DNA of 9,764 nt from Octopus sinensis (Eukaryota), in assembly GCF_006345805.1 (NCBI RefSeq), contig NW_021827812.1, forward strand, positions 1 through 9,764. The letters are read 5' to 3'. This document shows, one piece after another, positions 1 through 8,186 of this stretch. Under the pieces are notes generated by a model. It was not told where the DNA came from, ran no database searches, and worked only from the letters and a program-made list of their open reading frames with translations. Both the position numbers and the translations under genes were made by a program. The first letter of the stretch is position 1; every line of letters begins with the position of its first letter.

Positions 1-187
1 TGGTATGACTACTTAGCTACAACCTATCCATCAATTGCAGAAGACATTTGCCAAGAGGTAGCCTAATAAGTTTGGTATGCAACAGTAAAATCCATAGAGT
101 CCATCATTCAATCCGGGCGATTTATCCCTTAGATAACTACCTATTATGCCCCGCCCCTCCCTTGTTGCTACTGACATCTTACAGTAC

Positions 188-297
188 AGGCGCAGGAGTG
201 GTTGCGTGGTAAGTAGCCTCCTTGCCAACCACATGGTTCCGGGTTCGGTCTCACAACGTGGCACCTTGCGCAAGTGTCATCTGCTATAGACCTCGGC
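188..297 (+). mobile_element. tRNA-derived SINE, family 1, head only (copy A)
   Basis: Pol III A-box-like TGGTTGCGTGG (199-209) and B-box-like GGTTCGGTCTC (242-252), followed by GTGGCACCTTGCGCAAGTGTC, which resembles the start of the CORE domain. Aligns to the reverse complement of 3985-4098. Similarity stops near 297. Confidence 0.9.
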
Positions 298-350
298 GAT
301 AGGTGAACCGCGATATTGCGAGGGATTACTGTACATCGTCCCGAGTATTG

Positions 351-559
351 CTTTTATCTTTTCTATTTGACTTGTTTCAGTCAATAGTTGGTTACGGCCA
401 TACTGGGGCATCGTCTACAAGGATTTTTTAGCCAAATGAATCGACCTCAGTACTCTTAAGCCTGGCAATTATTCTACCATCTCTGTTTCTGAGTTGCTAA
501 GTTACAGGGACGTAAGACACTCACACCGGTAGTGGGGAACAAACACACACAACACAATG

Positions 560-603
<44 letters not shown>

Positions 604-627
604 TATTATATATGCCACATATATATC

Positions 628-663
<36 letters not shown>

Positions 664-929
664 CATATTATATATGTTACATTATATATATATATACATA
701 TATATATAAATAAATTTTTAATATATTATATATATATTATATTATGTTATTATATATAGATATATATAACCGACAAGCTTCTTTTAGTTTCCGTCTACCA
801 AATCCACTCACAATGCTAAGGTCAGCCCAAGGCTATAGTAGTAGATACATCGCTAAGGTGCCACGCAGTGTCGCTGAACGCAGAGGCATGTGGTTGAGCA
901 AGAAGCTTCTTACCACACAGCCACGCCTG
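351..929 (-). mobile_element. tRNA-derived SINE, family 1, full-length but diverged (copy B), with an expanded internal microsatellite
   Basis: 351-545 aligns to the tail of copy C (3721-3890) and 769-929 aligns to its head (3935-4098). A-box TGGCTGTGTGG on the minus strand at 913-923; B-box degraded. Confidence 0.9.
540..768. repeat. (CA)n/(TA)n microsatellite inside SINE copy B
   Basis: Interrupted TA dinucleotide run lying between the SINE tail and head segments. Confidence 0.95.
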
Positions 930-993
930 GTAATTATTTCATCGACCCCGAAACGATTAAAACAAATTCGACAACAGCGGAATTTGGACTCAA
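927..993 (-). mobile_element. SINE family 2 fragment, diverged, probably interrupted by copy B
   Basis: CTGGTAATTATTTCATCGACCCCGAAACGATT...GCGGAATTTGGACTCA aligns to 9323-9389 (CTGGTACTTAATTTATCGACCCCGAAAGGATG...GCGAAATTTGAACTCA). Confidence 0.8.
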
Positions 994-1085
994 AATATAT
1001 ATATATACATTCATATATTCACACGGAGTTGAAACGCTGTTTGATTTTTCTTTCAGTGATGACCGTTAACCATCCCATTTCCATT

Positions 1086-1150
1086 GCACACACACACACA
1101 CACACACCACACACACAGACACACACACAGACACACACGCACACACACAA
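1086..1150. repeat. (CA)n microsatellite
   Basis: Interrupted CA run. Confidence 0.9.
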
Positions 1151-1483
1151 ACACTTACATGACACCTTTTTACATACACACGCATATATATTCACGCCGT
1201 TTGCATTTTTCTTTCATCGCAGAACTTCCATCATCCCACTGCCAAGTTTGCCAACACCCCTTCCTTCCTTATTCATCTATGACCCCTTCCTTTCACATTC
1301 ATATGTTATGACGGAGAAATGCACACGAGTATTATTACAGTAGATAATAATAATAGTTTGAACGTCGCGCATGTCAATCATTGACACATTTTCATTAGTG
1401 AAGCATTATGGGTTTTAGAATGGTACTGAAGACTTTTAATATCTATCTATTAATCTTATCTTTACATCCACAAATATACAATG

Positions 1484-1484
1484 T

Positions 1485-1521
<37 letters not shown>

Positions 1522-1860
1522 CATATATATATACCCATATACATGTGTGTGTATATCTGTACATATGTGTGTGTTTGTGTGCGTGTATATATATTCAAAT
1601 ATATATACCTGCATATATATATAAATAGAGAGAGAGAGAGAGCGAGAGAGAGAGAGAGGTAGAGATAGATATAGATGTAGATATGTATATGTATATATCT
1701 ATATGTATATTTATACACGTGTCTGTGTATGTATATATCTATGTATATATATGCATATATATGTACATATATATATATGTGTATATAAATATATATGTAC
1801 ATATATTTAAAAAAATACACACACCACACACACAAACACTTACAAATACGTACAAACAAA
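1484..1860. repeat. Compound (CA)n/(TA)n/(GA)n microsatellite block
   Basis: Successive CA, TA, GA and TA-rich runs. Confidence 0.9.
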
Positions 1861-2140
1861 AACAATGACACACGAAAGAGTATACCTCTAATTATTCGGT
1901 GAAACTGCTGACATACCGAAACGTCAATCTAAAGCCAGCCTCCCAGTCTACCCTCTACCCGTCCACTCCCTTTTTCTCTCCTCTTCAGCCTTTCCCTCCC
2001 CCTTCATCATTTCCCTCCCCTTCATCCTTTCGCTCTTCCAACTCTTATTCCACCATTTTGCCACTTTTCTGCCTACTTCCCAAATTCCTGTTTTTTTTTT
2101 TTGGTTTGCTGGTTTCTTTTTTGTTCATCTTTTGTTTCAG

Positions 2141-2221
2141 CAGTAACATTATCCCAATCAAGTGTAATCTTGTGTCAGACGGAATCCCATCGCAGGCAAT
2201 CATACTTGAAGCTAACTGATG
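2141..2221 (+). CDS. Candidate 81-nt internal exon (phase 1-1), product unknown
   Basis: About 200 nt of pyrimidine-rich sequence ending TTTTGTTTCAG|CAG (tandem NAGNAG acceptor). Open frame xVTLSQSSVILCQTESHRRQSYLKLTD. Only a weak donor, G|GTGATT. Confidence 0.25.
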
Positions 2222-2277
2222 GTGATTCTGAAGATGTCACTAGTAAACTCCAGATTGTCTTACTGCTGCGTAGTTTA

Positions 2278-2623
<346 letters not shown>

Positions 2624-3318
2624 TAAAATGGCCGACTGCTTCATTCGGTTTTTTTATTCAATTTTTTTTTGGCGTATTTTTTAAATATTCTTTTTTTATT
2701 TATATATCAATATAAATTTAGTTTTTTTCTTTTGTCTTGTTTTTTTAATTCCTTATTGTCTCACCTTAGACACGTGTTTTTCATTGATCGATTAGGTTAT
2801 CCAGCAATCAACTAACCAAAAATTGGTCTCCGTTCGGCAAAGAAATGTATTGCCATTACTCCTTTTTCTTGCACTGTATTGTACAAGATTCTTTTGTGCA
2901 ATAATATTTTTTTTTTCTTTCAATTCGATTACATCTTATTGCCATTTATCTATTTAGTGATATTTGTAGAAATTGTCGTCGTTGTTGTAGATGTTGTTAG
3001 CCTTCTTGTTAGCGTGGCTGTTACGATGTTTTTTTACGATGTTTTTTTTTCTTTGTGTGTCTCAGTTCGCCCCCACCCTTGCCATCGTCGTCGCCGACAT
3101 TGTCGTCTGCTTCATTTTCCTTGTTGATTCTGTGATTGTTATTGTTGTTTCTCTATTGTTTTTGAAATGATTATGTTTTATTGTGTATTTCAAGCTATTA
3201 CATTTCCAACTCAGAACCATTATCTTCATTATTACTTTTATAACCACGCTGAAACACCACGAGAGGTGAGGGAGATAGGTGCAACTCCAAAGGGGAATAT
3301 AAAAATGTCGCCCATCGT

Positions 3319-3492
3319 CTCTCTCACTCTCTCTTTCTATTGCACTCTCTGTCTATCTATCTATCTATCAATCTACCTCTATCTCACTCTATATCTCTGT
3401 CTCTCTCTATCTATTTATCTCTTTCTCTTTCTTTCTCTCTCTATCCCTATCTATCTATTTATTTATCTATCAATTTATCTATCTATCCATAT
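3319..3492. repeat. (CT)n/(ATCT)n low-complexity tract
   Basis: Alternating CT and CTAT units. Confidence 0.9.
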
Positions 3493-3720
3493 ATGTTCTC
3501 CCCGTTTTTTTTGTCTCTGACTCTGAGTTCAAACACCATTTCATCCGTCGTCCAATTTTCCACCCGTCTTTCTGGGTTTCCAGGAGACAAATATCACAAT
3601 TGCACATCTCCAGTAATGTGTGTGTGTGTTGATGTGTGCGTGCATGTAATTGTGTGTGTGTACACGCTCGGACTAATACAGACACACATATATATACAAT
3701 ATATATGCTGTTTTATTATA

Positions 3721-4098
3721 CTCTCTTTTACTTGTTTCACTCATTTGACTGCGACCATGCTGGAGCACCGCCTTTAATCGAGCAACTCGACCCCGGGACT
3801 TATTCCATCGGTCTCGTTTGCCGAACCGCTAAGTAACGGGGACATAAACACACCAGCATCGGTTGTCAAGCAATGCTAGGGTGACAAACACAGGCACACA
3901 AATACACACACGCATATATATATATACATATATACGACGGGCTTCTTTCAGTTTCCGTCTACCAAATCCACTCACAAGGCTTTGGTCAGCCCGAGGCTAT
4001 AGTAGAAGACACTTGACCAAGGTGCCACGCAGTGGGACTGAACCCGGAACCATGTGGCTGGTAAACAAGCTACTTACCACACAGCCACTCCTGCGCCT
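3721..4098 (-). mobile_element. tRNA-derived SINE, family 1, full-length and best preserved (copy C)
   Basis: On the minus strand: A-box TGGCTGTGTGG (4077-4087), B-box GGTTCAGTCCC (4034-4044), CORE-like GTGGCACCTTGGTCAAGTGTC, a short TA/TG microsatellite, and a tail ending AAACAAGTAAAAGAGAG. Possible TSD TTTTATTATA at 3711-3720 and 4124-4133. Confidence 0.95.
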
Positions 4099-4576
4099 AC
4101 TAGTATAATATAGTATAATATACTTTTATTATAATATTCTGTATTGCGTTATACTGTATCATATTACGTGTAAGTGGATTTGTCAAGTACATTTGTTAAG
4201 CAGTTCATTCTAGAAATGTTGGATGCTCTTCTGCTATGAAAAATCATTCTACTTCCAGAGACCACTGAAAGCTGCAGAGGGATTTCGGATCTGTGTACCT
4301 TAGGGTGTGCAGAGAGAACGGCTTTACCACAGCTAGTTTAAGAGAGAGCGCTCAAGCATGAGTCCTGTAACGGTAAAGGAAGTGTTTGAGTAGTGGTTGG
4401 AAAGAACCCGGATAGATATCATGAGTTACTGCAAAGTAAAATGTTATCTAGCCTTGGGGTATCGATGGGAAATAAACCGGTGATTGGTCTGTCGTTGAAA
4501 TTTAAATTCTCTGAGGAATCCTTTTATTTAAAGACTTAAAAGTATAAGAATCTGACTCCTTTCTTACCGCAAGTAA

Positions 4577-4780
4577 TAAATTACACCATCTAGAAAATTA
4601 CATATAATACAAAAGTTAAAATCAAAATAACAATTATAAAGTAAAGATGAAGTAAATTACAAAAATAATATAATGTATATAATAGGTAGTATTTTTGTAA
4701 TTTACTTAATCTTTACTTTTTAATTGTTGTTCTAATTTTAACTTTTCTATTATATGTAATTTTCTAGATGGTGTAATTTA
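4577..4780. repeat. Long inverted repeat or foldback element: 91-bp arms, 22-nt spacer
   Basis: Arms 4577-4667 and 4690-4780 match at 85 of 91 positions with no gaps; the outer 33 bp are perfect. Confidence 0.97.
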
Positions 4781-5371
4781 ATTATTCATTTTAAATTGAT
4801 AAAAGGGTTTTTTTCTAATATTTTATATATATATTATTTTGTGTGGAATTTGATTTAGTATCTCTAAATTGAATTCTTTTTCCTTGTAAGTTTGGATTTT
4901 ATTCCCTCAATGATAATATATCTATATATATATATATATATATCTACTATACATATATATGGTAGCAAATATTCGTTATAAATATCACCACCATGGTCTA
5001 GCATGTATAAAAATAGTCAATAGACAACATATTCATATTTTAAAATAGTGTACATTTAAACACAAAAGAAAACTACCCTTTAACAGGTAATTTTTACATA
5101 CTAGGAATAGCAGCCAACTCGGCCAAAACCACGACTACTTTACTATGTATATCAGTCTTCATATTTTATGTAGGCAATCCTGTATTTTCACTATAGAGAT
5201 ACTATTCAGTACTCACACGTCATCTTCAGTATATTATATCTCTTATATCTCTCAAACATTTTCATCTTATATCTTTCAAACTTGCCCTATATTTCTTCCT
5301 GACAACCAAAGCCTAGCGAACTCTGTCTTTGTGTTTGTGTGTATGTTTGTCTGCAACTCTCTCTCACTAAC

Positions 5372-5449
5372 TTTCTCTCTTTATCTCTCTCCTTCATTCT
5401 CCCTCTTTCTCTTTCTTGCTCTCTCTCTCCCTTCTCTCTCTCTCTCTCT

Positions 5450-5478
<29 letters not shown>
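5372..5478 (+). repeat. (CT)n polypyrimidine tract
   Basis: Near-pure CT run directly downstream of CACTAAC (5365-5371). Confidence 0.9.
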
Positions 5479-5480
<2 letters not shown>

Positions 5481-5585
5481 TCTACGATCAAAGCCACAGC
5501 TTTCCTGATGTTCCGGGGGTTCGTTTTATTTCAACATTAATACGAATCACTATCGATCACTAACGTTTCCGTTTGTTTCGTACAG

Positions 5586-5593
5586 ATGTTCAG
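5586..5593 (+). CDS. Candidate 8-nt microexon ATGTTCAG (phase 1-0)
   Basis: Branch-point-like CACTAAC (5558-5564) with its A 22 nt from the AG; GTTTCCGTTTGTTTCGTACAG acceptor; CAG|GTTAGA donor. Confidence 0.35.
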
Positions 5594-5609
5594 GTTAGAT
5601 CCTTCACTC

Positions 5610-5715
5610 AGTCTCTCTTCTCTCCTCTCTCTCTCTCCTCTTTCTCTCTCTCTCTCATTCTCATCTTCTATCTCCCTTCTTCGTACATGCACACTCCTTT
5701 TCTCTATACACTCCT
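5610..5715 (+). repeat. (CT)n-rich tract
   Basis: CT-rich low-complexity run. Confidence 0.85.
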
Positions 5716-5818
5716 CTCTATAATTACCTCTTTTCCAAATTCCCTGATCACGACTTAAAACGTAACTGAACATTAACTGCACTCATCTCATTCGGATGTC
5801 TTTATTTCCCCTCCTCAG

Positions 5819-5825
5819 ACATGCG
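5819..5825 (+). CDS. Candidate 7-nt microexon ACATGCG (phase 0-1)
   Basis: Strong acceptor TCTTTATTTCCCCTCCTCAG and donor GCG|GTAATA. Its phase complements the 8-nt candidate (8+7=15). Confidence 0.35.
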
Positions 5826-5949
5826 GTAATATGTAATGTGTACCAACTTAACTTGCACGATTTATGAACGGCAATGAGTTGAAAGGAACTCTAACATATA
5901 ATTAACAAACCATTATGCATATAACCATACGAATATACATGCATTCCTT

Positions 5950-6088
5950 CATATTAATATATATATATATATATATATATATCTATATATATATATATAT
6001 ATATATTTAAACACACATTTACATGTACTTACATGAAAATATATGTACAATATATAACATATATTGGTAGTACAATATGTGTGTACAT

Positions 6089-6135
<47 letters not shown>

Positions 6136-6265
6136 CTTATATATATACACATATATATGTGTTTACATGAAAGAATATTTACCACAAATAAATATATCGG
6201 TATGTTATATATATGTTTGCATATATTGTATGCATATCTACAATCCTTGTATATAATATATATAT

Positions 6266-6310
<45 letters not shown>

Positions 6311-6428
6311 ATACACATGCATATATATATATATATACACGTATACACACATATACATGTACTTACACATGAAATATGGGTGCCTTGCATAAGACATACT
6401 GCTATGTGTATATATGTGTATATGTATA

Positions 6429-6459
<31 letters not shown>

Positions 6460-6826
6460 GATGTTTATATATATGTCTGTGCATATATTTATATATATAT
6501 ATGCTGTATGTATATATATATGTACATAAAAGTATTCATGTAAAAGTGTGTAAATATTGTATTAGGAGGCACACATACAGAGCCCCTATATATATATATA
6601 TATATATATATTATTATATATCATATATATTATATACACTTGCATATATATGTATACATATGTGTACATATGTGTACATATATATATATGCGTATGTATG
6701 CATATACGTAAATATATCTATATATTCATATATATATATAAATATATATGTGCATAAATACAGACATACATACACACAAAGAGACATAAATGTACTATAT
6801 AGATATATATATATACATAGATAGAT
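5950..6826. repeat. Extended (TA)n-rich low-complexity region
   Basis: Many interrupted TA runs with CA/TG variants. Confidence 0.95.
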
Positions 6827-6936
6827 AGGTACGCGGTTCTCTCTACTGTGTTGTTGGACTAGAAGCTACCGACTCTAATTCCTATGCTGTACAGTGAAAT
6901 GTGTAATTAATATCAACTCATTGTTTGATATTTCAG

Positions 6937-7037
6937 ATATAGAACGCCCTGTAGCTATGACTGCATGGAATCGTTGGAAATACATTGGATTGACGCTACG
7001 TTGTTTGCATTATGTGCAGCTGCGGGTATCATATGAG
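6937..7037 (+). CDS. Probable 101-nt internal coding exon (phase 1-0), unrecognised protein
   Basis: Acceptor TTGTTTGATATTTCAG, donor GAG|GTAAAC, and a stop-free frame (D)IERPVAMTAWNRWKYIGLTLRCLHYVQLRVSYE. It sits in a unique-sequence island between two TA-rich regions. Confidence 0.5.
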
Positions 7038-7044
7038 GTAAACA

Positions 7045-7200
7045 TGTATGCATATGCACACGTACACATACACACACATAGACACAGACACACACGCACT
7101 GCCACATATGTGTGAATTGATATGTCTACATATTTGTGCATATATATGTTGTCTATGTGTGTGTATATATATATATATATATATAAATGTATATGCATAT

Positions 7201-7247
<47 letters not shown>

Positions 7248-7543
7248 TATATTTTATATATGCATATATACAACTAACATATATATATATATATATATCT
7301 ATTTTACTGTATTGCTATTTATATACGCTCGCATACATATATGCATGTCAATGTGTGTGTGTGCGTGTGTAGCACACACACGCGTGTGCGTATATTTAAC
7401 ACATGCATGTCTGTCGTATCTCTCTTTATGAACATATATAGATGTATATTATTATATGCATTGATGCACGTATATATATATATGTATCTATATATATATA
7501 TATATATGTATCTATATATATATGTATATATGTATATATAATA

Positions 7544-7575
<32 letters not shown>

Positions 7576-7652
7576 CTATATATATATATATGTTTGGTGT
7601 GTGTGTGTGTGTGTTTGTATCTTTCTATATATATATATAGATATATATATAT
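7045..7652. repeat. Extended (TA)n/(TG)n/(CA)n low-complexity region
   Basis: Interrupted dinucleotide runs. Confidence 0.95.
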
Positions 7653-7758
7653 GATTCTTTGATATTTCTCTCTTTTGAATTATAAAAATATTTCTATTGA
7701 TTATTACATACGTATTCCTAAGAAGTCTCTTTCTACTGAACCAATTTCAACGACGAGA

Positions 7759-7900
7759 GCCTGAGTGCAGGAAGCTTGCTTCCCAAACACATGTTCCTGG
7801 GTTCAGTCCCAATTCATTTTACCTCAGGTAAGTGTCTTCTGCTAAACCCTGGGGCCTACCAAAGCTTTGAAAGTGGATTCCGTAGACAAAACTGGAAGCT
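7759..7900 (+). mobile_element. SINE family 1, diverged head/core only (copy D)
   Basis: GGTTCAGTCC B-box at 7800-7809; AAGTGTCTTCTGCTA...CCAAAGCTTTGAAAGTGGATTCCGTAGAC aligns to the reverse complement of copy C. No tail. Confidence 0.85.
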
Positions 7901-7917
7901 GAAACAAGTTCTTTGAG

Positions 7918-8003
7918 GAAAATGCTCAGCAGCATTTCACCCGACCTTACTTTCTGAGTTTAAATCCCGCCGGGGTTGACTTTGATATTAATCCCTTTCG
8001 GGA
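7918..8003 (+). mobile_element. SINE family 2, diverged 5' part (copy E)
   Basis: GAAATGCTCAGCAGCATTTC...TGAGTTTAAATCCCGCCGGGGTTGACTTTG...CCTTTCGGG aligns to the reverse complement of 9340-9425. Confidence 0.8.
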
Positions 8004-8186
8004 TCCCTTAAAGTCCCTGTTGCGTGCTGGGTTCCCCCGATCTTCTTGTCCGTCTACCAACATTTGAAAGCAATGTATTATCACATGGCATTTCTACTAA
8101 ATACTAGATTAAGTATTTGACTATATCGGACGACATTTATTTTTTTCCGATGTCATTACTTTTGAGATGTTTGTGTGCGTATTTGT

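Noticed and set aside
39-63. Possible very decayed family 1 SINE fragment (AGAAGACATTTGCCAAGAGGT)
   Set aside because: Too short and too diverged to support.
31-273. ORFs at 31-273, 3863-4108 and 9306-9557 with mutually similar peptides
   Set aside because: The similarity (KVPR..TEPGTMWL, SFSFRLPNPLT) comes from reading SINE copies, not from a gene family.
744-1343. 199-aa ORF, the longest in the track
   Set aside because: Runs through a SINE head, a second SINE fragment and a CA repeat; no protein-like coherence.
1372-1386. TGTCAAT-C-ATTGACA palindrome
   Set aside because: 7-bp arms; chance level in 10 kb.
2180-2240. Resemblance of SHRRQSYLKLTDGDS to PDE4 UCR1 (SQRRESFLYRSDSD)
   Set aside because: UCR1 is strongly conserved in invertebrates and this match is too loose; no gene symbol assigned.
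2625-2634. AAAATGGCCG, a YY1-like motif
   Set aside because: A single short motif with no other promoter evidence.
4846-4881. 13-bp stem with a 5-nt loop followed by a T run, shaped like a terminator
   Set aside because: Eukaryotic context, AT-rich with two G-U pairs; expected by chance.
5211-5290. Minus-strand frame GKFERYKMKMFERYKRYNILKMT ending at a GTGAGT donor
   Set aside because: Produced by a local duplication of about 24 bp, with no pyrimidine-rich acceptor.
5949-7654. Many YI/IY/HT/CV-rich ORFs
   Set aside because: Dinucleotide repeat translations; only the 6937-7037 segment has splice support.
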